The notes below the pieces were generated by a model. The model was not told the DNA's origin. It ran no database searches and was given only the letters and a program-made list of their open reading frames with translations. DNA of 64,000 nt from Eledone cirrhosa (taxonomy: Eukaryota), in NCBI GenBank assembly GCA_964016885.1, contig OZ024749.1, forward strand, positions 17,918,001 through 17,982,000, in the 5' to 3' direction. This document shows, piece by piece, positions 9,601 to 25,100 of the stretch. Each line of letters begins with the position of its first letter. Position 1 is the first letter of the stretch. Position numbers and translations under genes: made by a program.

Positions 9601-12600
9601 TACTTTTCGAAATATTTCAAAAATTGATTTTTTTGAAATATTTACTTCTGATTTCGAAAACGTAAAATAATCTATTTTTCGAAAAACCTAAAATAATCTA
9701 TTTTTTTATACTTTTCGAAATATTTCAAAAATTGATTTTTTTGAAATATTTACTTCTGATTTCAAAAACCTAAATTAATCTATTTTTCGAAAAACCTAAA
9801 ATAATCTATTTTTTTATACTTTTCGAAATATTTCAAAAATTGATTTTTTTGAAATATTTACTTCTAATTTCAAAAACCTAAAATAATCTATTTTTCGAAA
9901 AACCTAAAATAATCTATTTTTCGAAAAACCTTAATTAATCTATTTTTTTATACTTTTCGAAATATTTCAAAAATTGATTTTTTTGAAATATTTACTTCTG
10001 ATTTTAAAAACCTAAAATAATCTATTTTTTTATACTTTTCGAAATATTTCAAAAATTGATTTTTTTTCAAATATTTACTTCTGATTCCAAAAATCTAAAA
10101 TAATCTATTTTTCGAAAAACCTAAAATAATCTATTTTTCGAAAAACCTAAAATAATCTATTTTTTTTATACTTTTCGAAATATTTCAAAAATTGATTTTT
10201 TTTGAAATATTTACTTCTGATTTCGAAAACGTAAAATAATCTATTTTTCGAAAAACCTAAAATAATCTATTTTTTTGTACTTTTCGAAATATTTCAAAAA
10301 TTGATTTTTTTTGAAATATTTACTTCTGATTTCAAAAACCTAAAATAATCTATTTTTCGAAAAACCTAAAATAATCTATTTTTCGAAAAACCTAAAATAA
10401 TCTATTTTTTTGTACTTTTCGAAATATTTCAAAAATTGATTTTTTTTGAAATATTTACTTCTGATTTCAAAAACCTAAAATAATCTATTTTTCGAAAAAC
10501 CTAAAATAATCTATTTTTCGAAAAACCTTAATTAATCTATTTTTTTATACTTTTCGAAATATTTCAAAAATTGATTTTTTTGAAATATTTACTTCTGATT
10601 TCAAAAACCTAAATTAATCTATTTTTCGAAAAACCTAAAATAATCTAATTTTTTGTACTTTTCGAAATATTTCAAAAATTGATTTTTTTTGAAATATTTA
10701 CTTCTGATTTCAAAAACCTAAAATAATCTATTTTTTTATACTTTTCGAAATATTTTAAAAATTGATTTTTTTGAAATATTTACTTCTGATTTCAAAAATC
10801 TAAAATAATCAATTTTTCGAAAAACCTAAAATAATCTATTTTTTTATACTTTTCGAAATATTACAAAAATTGATTTTTTTGAAATATTTACTTCTGATTT
10901 CAAAAACCTAAAATAATCTATTTTTCGAAAAACCTAAAATAATCTATTTTTTTGTACTTTTCGAAATATTTCAAAAATTGATTTTTTTGAAATATTTACT
11001 TCTGATTTCAAAAACCTAAAATAATCTATTTTTCGAAAAACCTAAAATAATCTATTTTTTCATAATTTTCGAAATATTTCAAAAATTGATTTTTTTGAAA
11101 TATTTACTTCTGATTTCAAAAACCTAAAATAATCTATTTTTTTATACTTCTCGAAATATTTCAAAAATTGATTTTTTTGAAATATTTACTTCTGATTTCA
11201 AAAATCTAAAATAATCTATTTTTCGAAAAACCTAAAATAATCTATTTTTTTGTACTTTTCGAAATATTTCAAAAATTGATTTTTTTGAAATATTTACTTC
11301 TGATTTCAAAAACCTAAAATAATCTATTTTTCGAAAAACCTAAAATAATCTATTTTTTCATAATTTTCGAAATATTTCAAAAATTGATTTTTTTGAAATA
11401 TTTACTTCTGATTTCAAAAACCTAAAATAATCTATTTTTCGAAAAACCTAAAATAATCTATTTTTTTAATACTTTTCGAAATATTTCAAAAATTGATTTT
11501 TTTGAAATATTTACTTCTGATTTCAAAATCCTAAAATAATCTATTTTTTTATACTTTTCGAAATATTTTAAAAATTGATTTTTTTGAAATATTTACTTCT
11601 GATTTCAAAAATCTAAAATAATCAATTTTTCGAAAAACCTAAAATAATCTATTTTTTTATACTTTTCGAAATATTACAAAAATTGATTTTTTTGAAATAT
11701 TTACTTCTGATTTCAAAAACCTAAAATAATCTATTTTTCGAAAAACCTAAAATAATCTATTTTTTTGTACTTTTCGAAATATTTCAAAAATTGATTTTTT
11801 TGAAATATTTACTTCTGATTTCAAAAACCTAAAATAATCTATTTTTCGAAAAACCTAAAATAATCTATTTTTTCATAATTTTCGAAATATTTCAAAAATT
11901 GATTTTTTTGAAATATTTACTTCTGATTTCAAAAACCTAAAATAATCTATTTTTTTATACTTTTCGAAATATTTCAAAAATTGATTTTTTTGAAATATTT
12001 ACTTCTGATTTCAAAAACCTAAAATAATCTATTTTTCGAAAAACCTAAAATAATCTATTTTTTTATACTTTTCGAAATATTTCAAAAATTGATTTTTTTG
12101 AAATATTTACTTCTGATTTTAAAAACCTAAAATAATCTATTTTTTTATACTTTTCGAAATATTTCAAAAATTGATTTTTTTTCAAATAATTACTTCTGAT
12201 TCCAAAAATCTAAAATAATCTATTTTTCGAAAAACCTAAAATAATCTATTTTTTTATACTTTTCGAAATATTTCAAAAATTGATTTTTTTGAAATATTTA
12301 CTTCTGATTTCAAAAACCTAAAATAATCTATTTTTTTATACTTTTCAAAATATTTCAAAAATTGATTTTTTTTGAAATATTTACTTCTGATTTCAAAAAC
12401 CTAAAATAATCTATTTTTCGAAAAACCTAAAATAATCTATTTTATTATACTTTTCGAAATATTTCAAAAATTGATTTTTTTTGAAATATTTACTTCTGAT
12501 TTCAAAAATCGAAAATAATCTATTTTTCGAAAAACCTAAAATAATCTATTTTTTTATACTTTTCGAAATATTTCAAAAATTGATTTTTTTGAAATATTTA

Positions 12601-15600
12601 CTTCTGATTTCAAAAACCTCAAAATAATCTATTTTTTTATACTTTTCGAAATATTTCAAAAATTGATTTTTTTTGAAATATTTACTTCTGATTTCAAAAA
12701 CCTAAAATAATCTATTTTTCGAAAAACCTAAAATAATCTAGTTTTTTGTACTTTTCGAAATATTTCAAAAATTGATTTTTTTTGAAATATTTACTTCTGA
12801 TTTCAAAAACCTAAAATAATCTATTTTTTTATACTTTTCGAAATATTTCAAAAATTGATTTTTTTTTAAATATTTACTTCTGATTCCAAAAATCTAAAAT
12901 AATCTATTTTTCGAAAAACCTAAAATAATCTATTTTTCGAAAAACCTAAAATAATATATTTTTTTATACTTTTCAAAATATTTCAAAAATTGATTTTTTT
13001 GAAATATTTACTTCTGATTTCAAAAACCTAAAATAATCTATTTTTCGAAAAACCTAAAATAATATATTTTTCGAAAAACCTAAAATAATCTATTTTTTAA
13101 TACTTTTCGAAATATTTCAAAAATTGATTTTTTTGAAATATTTACTTCTGATTTCGAAAACGTAAAATAATCTATTTTTCGAAAAACCTAAAATAATCTA
13201 TTTTTTTATACTTTTCGAAATATTTCAAAAATTGATTTTTTTGAAATATTTACTTCTGATTTCAAAAACCTAAAATAATCTATTTTTTTATACTTTTCGA
13301 AATATTTCTAAAATTGATTTTTTTGAAATATTTACTTCTGATTTCAAAAACCTAAAATAATCTATTTTTCGAAAAACCTAAAATAATATATTTTTTTATA
13401 CTTTTCAAAATATTTCAAAAATTGATTTTTTTGAAATATTTACTTCTGATTTTAAAAACCTAAAATAATCTATTTTTTTATACTTTTCGAAATATTTCAA
13501 AAATTGATTTTTTTTCAAATATTTACTTCTGATTCCAAAAATCTAAAATAATCTATTTTTCGAAAAACCTAAAATAATCTATTTTTCGAAAAACCTAAAA
13601 TAATCTATTTTTTTTATACTTTTCGAAATATTTCAAAAATTGATTTTTTTTGAAATATTTACTTCTGATTTCGAAAACGTAAAATAATCTATTTTTCGAA
13701 AAACCTAAAATAATCTATTTTTTTATACTTTTCGAAATATTTCAAAAATTGATTTTTTTGAAATATTTACTTCTGATTTCAAAAACCTAAAATAATCTAT
13801 TTTTTTATACTTTTCGAAATATTTCAAAAATTGATTTTTTTTTTAAATATTTACTTCTGATTCCAAAAATCTAAAATAATCTATTTTTCGAAAAACCTAA
13901 AATAATCTATTTTTTTGTACTTTTCGAAATATTTCAAAAATTGATTTTTTTTGAAATATTTACTTCTGATTTCAAAAACCTAAAATAATCTATTTTTCGA
14001 AAAACCTAAAATAATCTATTTTTTTGTACTTTTCGAAATATTTCAAAAATTGATTTTTTTTGAAATATTTACTTCTGATTTCAAAAACCTCAAAATAATC
14101 TATTTTTTTATACTTTTCGAAATATTTCAAAAATTGATTTTTTTTTAAATATTTACTTCTGATTCCAAAAATCTATTTTTCGAAAAACCTAAAATAATCT
14201 ATTTTTTCGACATATTTCAAAAATTGATTTTTTTGAAATATTTACTTCTAATTTCAAAAACCTAAAATAATGTATTTTTTTTATACTTTTCGAAATATTT
14301 CAAAAATTGATTTTTTTGAAATATTTACTTCTGTTTAAAAATTGATTTTTTTGAAATATTTACTTCTGATTTCAAAAACCTAAAATAATCTATTTTTTTA
14401 TACTTTTCGAAATATTTCAAAAATTGATTTTTTTTGAAATATTTACTTCTAATTTCAAAAACCTAAAATAATCTATTTTTCGAAAAACCTAAAATAATCT
14501 ATTTTTCGAAAAACCTAAAATAATATATTTTTTTATACTTTTCAAAATATTTCAAAAATTGATTTTTTTGAAATATTTACTTCTGATTTCAAAAACCTAA
14601 AATAATCTATTTTTCGAAAAACCTAAAATAATATATTTTTCGAAAAACCTAAAATAATCTATTTTTTAATACTTTTCGAAATATTTCAAAAATTGATTTT
14701 TTTGAAATATTTACTTCTGATTTCGAAAACGTAAAATAATCTATTTTTCGAAAAACCTAAAATAATCTATTTTTTTATACTTTTCGAAATATTTCAAAAA
14801 TTGATTTTTTTGAAATATTTACTTCTGATTTCAAAAACCTAAATTAATCTATTTTTCGAAAAACCTAAAATAATCTATTTTTTTATACTTTTCGAAATAT
14901 TTCAAAAATTGATTTTTTGAAATATTTACTTCTGATTTGAAAAACCTAAAATATTCTTATTTTTTTATACTTTTCGAAATATTTCAAAAATTGATTTTTT
15001 TGAAATATTTACTTCTGATTTCGAAAACGTAAAATAATCTATTTTTCGAAAAACCTAAAATAATCTATTTTTTTATACTTTTCGAAATATTTCAAAAATT
15101 GATTTTTTTGAAATATTTACTTCTGATTTCAAAAACCTAAATTAATCTATTTTTCGAAAAACCTAAAATAATCTATTTTTTTATACTTTTCGAAATATTT
15201 CAAAAATTGATTTTTTTGAAATATTTACTTCTAATTTCAAAAACCTAAAATAATCTATTTTTCGAAAAACCTAAAATAATCTATTTTTCGAAAAACCTTA
15301 ATTAATCTATTTTTTTATACTTTTCGAAATATTTCAAAAATTGATTTTTTTGAAATATTTACTTCTGATTTTAAAAACCTAAAATAATCTATTTTTTTAT
15401 ACTTTTCGAAATATTTCAAAAATTGATTTTTTTTCAAATATTTACTTCTGATTCCAAAAATCTAAAATAATCTATTTTTCGAAAAACCTAAAATAATCTA
15501 TTTTTCGAAAAACCTAAAATAATCTATTTTTTTTATACTTTTCGAAATATTTCAAAAATTGATTTTTTTTGAAATATTTACTTCTGATTTCGAAAACGTA

Positions 15601-16102
15601 AAATAATCTATTTTTCGAAAAACCTAAAATAATCTATTTTTTTGTACTTTTCGAAATATTTCAAAAATTGATTTTTTTTGAAATATTTACTTCTGATTTC
15701 AAAAACCTAAAATAATCTATTTTTCGAAAAACCTAAAATAATCTATTTTTCGAAAAACCTAAAATAATCTATTTTTTTGTACTTTTCGAAATATTTCAAA
15801 AATTGATTTTTTTTGAAATATTTACTTCTGATTTCAAAAACCTAAAATAATCTATTTTTCGAAAAACCTAAAATAATCTATTTTTCGAAAAACCTTAATT
15901 AATCTATTTTTTTATACTTTTCGAAATATTTCAAAAATTGATTTTTTTGAAATATTTACTTCTGATTTCAAAAACCTAAATTAATCTATTTTTCGAAAAA
16001 CCTAAAATAATCTAATTTTTTGTACTTTTCGAAATATTTCAAAAATTGATTTTTTTTGAAATATTTACTTCTGATTTCAAAAACCTAAAATAATCTATTT
16101 TT
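5350..16102. repeat. Tandem duplication of a 5367-bp block of satellite B (~5350-10716 and ~10717-16102)
   Basis: The markers aaatattttaaaaa (5381/10748), cgacat (8841/14208) and ctgtttaaaa (8964/14331) are all offset by 5367. Confidence 0.9.
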
Positions 16103-19100
16103 CGAAAAACCTAAAATAATCTATTTTTCGAAAAACCTTAATTAATATATTTTTTTATACTTTTCGAAATATTTCAAAAATTGATTTTTTTGAAATATTT
16201 ACTTCTGATTTCAAAAACCTAAAATAATCTATTTTTTTTATACTTTTCGAAATATTTCAAAAATTGATTTTTTTGAAATATTTACTTCTGATTTCAAAAA
16301 CCTGAAATAATCTATTTTTCGAAAAACCTAAAATAATCTATTTTTTTATACTTTTCGAAATATTTCAAAAATTGATTTTTTTGAAATATTTACTTCTGAT
16401 TTCAAAAACCTAAAATAATCTATTTTTTTATACTTTTCGAAATATTTCAAAAATTGATTTTTTTTTAAATATTTACTTCTGATTCCAAAAATCTAAAATA
16501 ATCTATTTTTCGAAAAACCTAAAATAATCTATTTTTCGAAAAACCTTAATTAATCTATTTTTTTATACTTTTCGAAATATTTCAAAAATTGATTTTTTTT
16601 GAAATATTTACTTCTGATTTCAAAAACCTAAAATAATCTATTTTTTTATACTTTTCAAAATATTTCAAAAATTGATTTTTTTTGAAATATTTACTTCTGA
16701 TTTCAAAAACCTAAAATAATCTATTTTTCGAAAAACCTAAAATAATATATTTTTCGAAAAACCTAAAATAATCTATTTTTTAATACTTTTCGAAATATTT
16801 CAAAAATTGATTTTTTTGAAATATTTACTTCTGATTTCGAAAACGTAAAATAATCTATTTTTCGAAAAACCTAAAATAATCTATTTTTTTATACTTTTCG
16901 AAATATTTCAAAAATTGATTTTTTTGAAATATTTACTTCTGATTTCAAAAACCTAAAATAATCTATTTTTTTATACTTTTCAAAATATTTCAAAAATTGA
17001 TTTTTTTTGAAATATTTACTTCTGATTTCAAAAACCTAAAATAATCTATTTTTCGAAAAACCTAAAATAATCTATTTTTCGAAAAACCTTAATTAATATA
17101 TTTTTTTATACTTTTCGAAATATTTCAAAAATTGATTTTTTTGAAATATTTACTTCTGATTTCAAAAACCTAAAATAATCTATTTTTTTTATACTTTTCG
17201 AAATATTTCAAAAATTGATTTTTTTGAAATATTTACTTCTGATTTCAAAAACCTGAAATAATCTATTTTTCGAAAAACCTAAAATAATCTATTTTTTTAT
17301 ACTTTTCGAAATATTTCAAAAATTGATTTTTTTGAAATATTTACTTCTGATTTCAAAAACCTAAAATAATCTATTTTTTTATACTTTTCGAAATATTTCA
17401 AAAATTGATTTTTTTTTAAATATTTACTTCTGATTCCAAAAATCTAAAATAATCTATTTTTCGAAAAACCTAAAATAATCTATTTTTCGAAAAACCTTAA
17501 TTAATCTATTTTTTTATACTTTTCGAAATATTTCAAAAATTGATTTTTTTTGAAATATTTACTTCTGATTTCAAAAACCTAAAATAATCTATTTTTCGAA
17601 AAACCCAAAATAATCTATTTTTTTATACTTTTCGAAATATTTCAAAAATTGATTTTTTTTGAAATATTTACTTCTGATTTCAAAAACCTAAAATAATCTA
17701 TTTTTTTATACTTTTCGAAATATTTCAAAAATTGATTTTTTTTTAAATATTTACTTCTGATTCCAAAAATCTAAAATAATCTATTTTTCGAAAAACCTAA
17801 AATAATCTATTTTTCGAAAAACCTAAAATAATATATTTTTTTATACTTTTCAAAATATTTCAAAAATTGATTTTTTTGAAATATTTACTTCTGATTTCAA
17901 AAACCTAAAATAATCTATTTTTCGAAAAACCTAAAATAATATATTTTTCGAAAAACCTAAAATAATCTATTTTTTAATACTTTTCGAAATATTTCAAAAA
18001 TTGATTTTTTTGAAATATTTACTTCTGATTTCGAAAACGTAAAATAATCTATTTTTCGAAAAACCTAAAATAATCTATTTTATTATACTTTTCGAAATAT
18101 TTCAAAAATTGATTTTTTTGAAATATTTACTTCTGATTTCAAAAACCTCAAAATAATCTATTTTTTTATACTTTTCGAAATATTTCAAAAATTGATTTTT
18201 TTGAAATATTTACTTCTGATTTCAAAAACCTAAAATAATCTATTTTTCGAAAAACCTAAAATAATCTAGTTTTTTGTACTTTTCGAAATATTTCAAAAAT
18301 TGATTTTTTTTGAAATATTTACTTCTGATTTCAAAAACCTAAAATAATCTATTTTTTTATACTTTTCGAAATATTTCAAAAATTGATTTTTTTTTAAATA
18401 TTTACTTCTGATTCCAAAAATCTAAAATAATCTATTTTTCGAAAAACCTAAAATAATCTATTTTTCGAAAAACCTTAATTAATCTATTTTTTTATACTTT
18501 TCGAAATATTTCAAAAATTGATTTTTTTTGAAATATTTACTTCTGATTTCAAAAACCTAAAATAATCTATTTTTTTATACTTTTCGAAATATTTCAAAAA
18601 TTGATTTTTTTTTAAATATTTACTTCTGATTCCAAAAATCTAAAATAATCTATTTTTCGAAAAACCTAAAATAATCTATTTTTCGAAAAACCTAAAATAA
18701 TATATTTTTTTATACTTTTCAAAATATTTCAAAAATTGATTTTTTTGAAATATTTACTTCTGATTTCAAAAACCTAAAATAATCTATTTTTCGAAAAACC
18801 TAAAATAATATATTTTTCGAAAAACCTAAAATAATCTATTTTTTAATACTTTTCGAAATATTTCAAAAATTGATTTTTTTGAAATATTTACTTCTGATTT
18901 CAAAAACCTAAAATAATCTATTTTTTTATACTTTTCGAAATATTTCTAAAATTGATTTTTTTGAAATATTTACTTCTGATTTCAAAAACCTAAAATAATC
19001 TATTTTTCGAAAAACCTAAAATAATATATTTTTTTATACTTTTCAAAATATTTCAAAAATTGATTTTTTTGAAATATTTACTTCTGATTTTAAAAACCTA

Positions 19101-22100
19101 AAATAATCTATTTTTTTATACTTTTCGAAATATTTCAAAAATTGATTTTTTTTCAAATATTTACTTCTGATTCCAAAAATCTAAAATAATCTATTTTTCG
19201 AAAAACCTAAAATAATCTATTTTTTTTATACTTTTCGAAATATTTCAAAAATTGATTTTTTTTGAAATATTTACTTCTGATTTCGAAAACGTAAAATAAT
19301 CTATTTTTCGAAAAACCTAAAATAATCTATTTTTTTGTACTTTTCGAAATATTTCAAAAATTGATTTTTTTTGAAATATTTACTTCTGATTTCAAAAACC
19401 TAAAATAATCTATTTTTCGAAAAACCTAAAATAATCTATTTTTCGAAAAACCTAAAATAATCTATTTTTTTGTACTTTTCGAAATATTTCAAAAATTGAT
19501 TTTTTTTGAAATATTTACTTCTGATTTCAAAAACCTAAAATAATCTATTTTTCGAAAAACCTAAAATAATCTATTTTTCGAAAAACCTTAATTAATCTAT
19601 TTTTTTATACTTTTCGAAATATTTCAAAAATTGATTTTTTTGAAATATTTACTTCTGATTTCAAAAACCTAAATTAATCTATTTTTCGAAAAACCTAAAA
19701 TAATCTAATTTTTTGTACTTTTCGAAATATTTCAAAAATTGATTTTTTTGAAATATTTACTTCTGATTTCAAAAACCTAAATTAATCTATTTTTCGAAAA
19801 ACCTAAAATAATCTAATTTTTTGTACTTTTCGAAATATTTCAAAAATTGATTTTTTTTGAAATATTTACTTCTGATTTCGAAAACGTAAAATAATCTATT
19901 TTTCGAAAAACCTAAAATAATCTATTTTTTTGTACTTTTCGAAATATTTCAAAAATTGATTTTTTTTGAAATATTTACTTCTGATTTCAAAAACCTAAAA
20001 TAATCTATTTTTCGAAAAACCTAAAATAATCTATTTTTCGAAAAACCTTAATTAATCTATTTTTTTATACTTTTCGAAATATTTCAAAAATTGATTTTTT
20101 TTGAAATATTTACTTCTGATTTCGAAAACGTAAAATAATCTATTTTTCGAAAAACCTAAAATAATCTATTTTTTTGTACTTTTCGAAATATTTCAAAAAT
20201 TGATTTTTTTTTAAATATTTACTTCTGATTCCAAAAATCTAAAATAATCTATTTTTCGAAAAACCTAAAATAATCTATTTTTCGAAAAACCTTAATTAAT
20301 CTATTTTTTTATACTTTTCGAAATATTTCAAAAATTGATTTTTTTTGAAATATTTACTTCTGATTTCAAAAACCTAAAATAATCTATTTTTCGAAAAACC
20401 CAAAATAATCTATTTTTTTATACTTTTCGAAATATTTCAAAAATTGATTTTTTTTGAAATATTTACTTCTGATTTCAAAAACCTAAAATAATCTATTTTT
20501 TTATACTTTTCGAAATATTTCAAAAATTGATTTTTTTTTAAATATTTACTTCTGATTCCAAAAATCTAAAATAATCTATTTTTCGAAAAACCTAAAATAA
20601 TCTATTTTTCGAAAAACCTAAAATAATATATTTTTTTATACTTTTCAAAATATTTCAAAAATTGATTTTTTTGAAATATTTACTTCTGATTTCAAAAACC
20701 TAAAATAATCTATTTTTCGAAAAACCTAAAATAATCTATTTTTTCATAATTTTCGAAATATTTCAAAAATTGATTTTTTTGAAATATTTACTTCTGATTT
20801 CAAAAACCTAAAATAATCTATTTTTTTATACTTCTCGAAATATTTCAAAAATTGATTTTTTTGAAATATTTACTTCTGATTTCAAAAATCTAAAATAATC
20901 TATTTTTCGAAAAACCTAAAATAATCTATTTTTTTGTACTTTTCGAAATATTTCAAAAATTGATTTTTTTGAAATATTTACTTCTGATTTCAAAAACCTA
21001 AAATAATCTATTTTTCGAAAAACCTAAAATAATCTATTTTTTCATAATTTTCGAAATATTTCAAAAATTGATTTTTTTGAAATATTTACTTCTGATTTCA
21101 AAAACCTAAAATAATCTATTTTTCGAAAAACCTAAAATAATCTATTTTTTTAATACTTTTCGAAATATTTCAAAAATTGATTTTTTTGAAATATTTACTT
21201 CTGATTTCAAAATCCTAAAATAATCTATTTTTTTATACTTTTCGAAATATTTTAAAAATTGATTTTTTTGAAATATTTACTTCTGATTTCAAAAATCTAA
21301 AATAATCAATTTTTCGAAAAACCTAAAATAATCTATTTTTTTATACTTTTCGAAATATTACAAAAATTGATTTTTTTGAAATATTTACTTCTGATTTCAA
21401 AAACCTAAAATAATCTATTTTTCGAAAAACCTAAAATAATCTATTTTTTTGTACTTTTCGAAATATTTCAAAAATTGATTTTTTTGAAATATTTACTTCT
21501 GATTTCAAAAACCTAAAATAATCTATTTTTCGAAAAACCTAAAATAATCTATTTTTTCATAATTTTCGAAATATTTCAAAAATTGATTTTTTTGAAATAT
21601 TTACTTCTGATTTCAAAAACCTAAAATAATCTATTTTTTTATACTTTTCGAAATATTTCAAAAATTGATTTTTTTGAAATATTTACTTCTGATTTCAAAA
21701 ACCTAAAATAATCTATTTTTCGAAAAACCTAAAATAATCTATTTTTTTATACTTTTCGAAATATTTCAAAAATTGATTTTTTTGAAATATTTACTTCTGA
21801 TTTTAAAAACCTAAAATAATCTATTTTTTTATACTTTTCGAAATATTTCAAAAATTGATTTTTTTTCAAATAATTACTTCTGATTCCAAAAATCTAAAAT
21901 AATCTATTTTTCGAAAAACCTAAAATAATCTATTTTTTTATACTTTTCGAAATATTTCAAAAATTGATTTTTTTGAAATATTTACTTCTGATTTCAAAAA
22001 CCTAAAATAATCTATTTTTTTATACTTTTCAAAATATTTCAAAAATTGATTTTTTTTGAAATATTTACTTCTGATTTCAAAAACCTAAAATAATCTATTT

Positions 22101-25100
22101 TTCGAAAAACCTAAAATAATCTATTTTATTATACTTTTCGAAATATTTCAAAAATTGATTTTTTTTGAAATATTTACTTCTGATTTCAAAAATCGAAAAT
22201 AATCTATTTTTCGAAAAACCTAAAATAATCTATTTTTTTATACTTTTCGAAATATTTCAAAAATTGATTTTTTTGAAATATTTACTTCTGATTTCAAAAA
22301 CCTCAAAATAATCTATTTTTTTATACTTTTCGAAATATTTCAAAAATTGATTTTTTTTGAAATATTTACTTCTGATTTCAAAAACCTAAAATAATCTATT
22401 TTTCGAAAAACCTAAAATAATCTAGTTTTTTGTACTTTTCGAAATATTTCAAAAATTGATTTTTTTTGAAATATTTACTTCTGATTTCAAAAACCTAAAA
22501 TAATCTATTTTTTTATACTTTTCGAAATATTTCAAAAATTGATTTTTTTTTAAATATTTACTTCTGATTCCAAAAATCTAAAATAATCTATTTTTCGAAA
22601 AACCTAAAATAATCTATTTTTCGAAAAACCTTAATTAATCTATTTTTTTATACTTTTCGAAATATTTCAAAAATTGATTTTTTTTGAAATATTTACTTCT
22701 GATTTCAAAAACCTAAAATAATCTATTTTTCGAAAAACCCAAAATAATCTATTTTTTTATACTTTTCGAAATATTTCAAAAATTGATTTTTTTTGAAATA
22801 TTTACTTCTGATTTCAAAAACCTAAAATAATCTATTTTTTTATACTTTTCGAAATATTTCAAAAATTGATTTTTTTTTAAATATTTACTTCTGATTCCAA
22901 AAATCTAAAATAATCTATTTTTCGAAAAACCTAAAATAATCTATTTTTCGAAAAACCTAAAATAATATATTTTTTTATACTTTTCAAAATATTTCAAAAA
23001 TTGATTTTTTTGAAATATTTACTTCTGATTTCAAAAACCTAAAATAATCTATTTTTCGAAAAACCTAAAATAATATATTTTTCGAAAAACCTAAAATAAT
23101 CTATTTTTTAATACTTTTCGAAATATTTCAAAAATTGATTTTTTTGAAATATTTACTTCTGATTTCGAAAACGTAAAATAATCTATTTTTCGAAAAACCT
23201 AAAATAATCTATTTTTTTATACTTTTCGAAATATTTCAAAAATTGATTTTTTTGAAATATTTACTTCTGATTTCAAAAACCTAAAATAATCTATTTTTTT
23301 ATACTTTTCGAAATATTTCTAAAATTGATTTTTTTGAAATATTTACTTCTGATTTCAAAAACCTAAAATAATCTATTTTTCGAAAAACCTAAAATAATAT
23401 ATTTTTTTATACTTTTCAAAATATTTCAAAAATTGATTTTTTTGAAATATTTACTTCTGATTTTAAAAACCTAAAATAATCTATTTTTTTATACTTTTCG
23501 AAATATTTCAAAAATTGATTTTTTTTCAAATATTTACTTCTGATTCCAAAAATCTAAAATAATCTATTTTTCGAAAAACCTAAAATAATCTATTTTTCGA
23601 AAAACCTAAAATAATCTATTTTTTTTATACTTTTCGAAATATTTCAAAAATTGATTTTTTTTGAAATATTTACTTCTGATTTCGAAAACGTAAAATAATC
23701 TATTTTTCGAAAAACCTAAAATAATCTATTTTTTTATACTTTTCGAAATATTTCAAAAATTGATTTTTTTGAAATATTTACTTCTGATTTCAAAAACCTA
23801 AAATAATCTATTTTTTTATACTTTTCGAAATATTTCAAAAATTGATTTTTTTTTTAAATATTTACTTCTGATTCCAAAAATCTAAAATAATCTATTTTTC
23901 GAAAAACCTAAAATAATCTATTTTTTTGTACTTTTCGAAATATTTCAAAAATTGATTTTTTTTGAAATATTTACTTCTGATTTCAAAAACCTAAAATAAT
24001 CTATTTTTCGAAAAACCTAAAATAATCTATTTTTTTGTACTTTTCGAAATATTTCAAAAATTGATTTTTTTTGAAATATTTACTTCTGATTTCAAAAACC
24101 TCAAAATAATCTATTTTTTTATACTTTTCGAAATATTTCAAAAATTGATTTTTTTTTAAATATTTACTTCTGATTCCAAAAATCTATTTTTCGAAAAACC
24201 TAAAATAATCTATTTTTTCGACATATTTCAAAAATTGATTTTTTTGAAATATTTACTTCTAATTTCAAAAACCTAAAATAATGTATTTTTTTTATACTTT
24301 TCGAAATATTTCAAAAATTGATTTTTTTGAAATATTTACTTCTGTTTAAAAATTGATTTTTTTGAAATATTTACTTCTGATTTCAAAAACCTAAAATAAT
24401 CTATTTTTTTATACTTTTCGAAATATTTCAAAAATTGATTTTTTTTGAAATATTTACTTCTAATTTCAAAAACCTAAAATAATCTATTTTTCGAAAAACC
24501 TAAAATAATCTATTTTTCGAAAAACCTAAAATAATATATTTTTTTATACTTTTCAAAATATTTCAAAAATTGATTTTTTTGAAATATTTACTTCTGATTT
24601 CAAAAACCTAAAATAATCTATTTTTCGAAAAACCTAAAATAATATATTTTTCGAAAAACCTAAAATAATCTATTTTTTAATACTTTTCGAAATATTTCAA
24701 AAATTGATTTTTTTGAAATATTTACTTCTGATTTCGAAAACGTAAAATAATCTATTTTTCGAAAAACCTAAAATAATCTATTTTTTTATACTTTTCGAAA
24801 TATTTCAAAAATTGATTTTTTTGAAATATTTACTTCTGATTTCAAAAACCTAAATTAATCTATTTTTCGAAAAACCTAAAATAATCTATTTTTTTATACT
24901 TTTCGAAATATTTCAAAAATTGATTTTTTGAAATATTTACTTCTGATTTGAAAAACCTAAAATATTCTTATTTTTTTATACTTTTCGAAATATTTCAAAA
25001 ATTGATTTTTTTGAAATATTTACTTCTGATTTCGAAAACGTAAAATAATCTATTTTTCGAAAAACCTAAAATAATCTATTTTTTTATACTTTTCGAAATA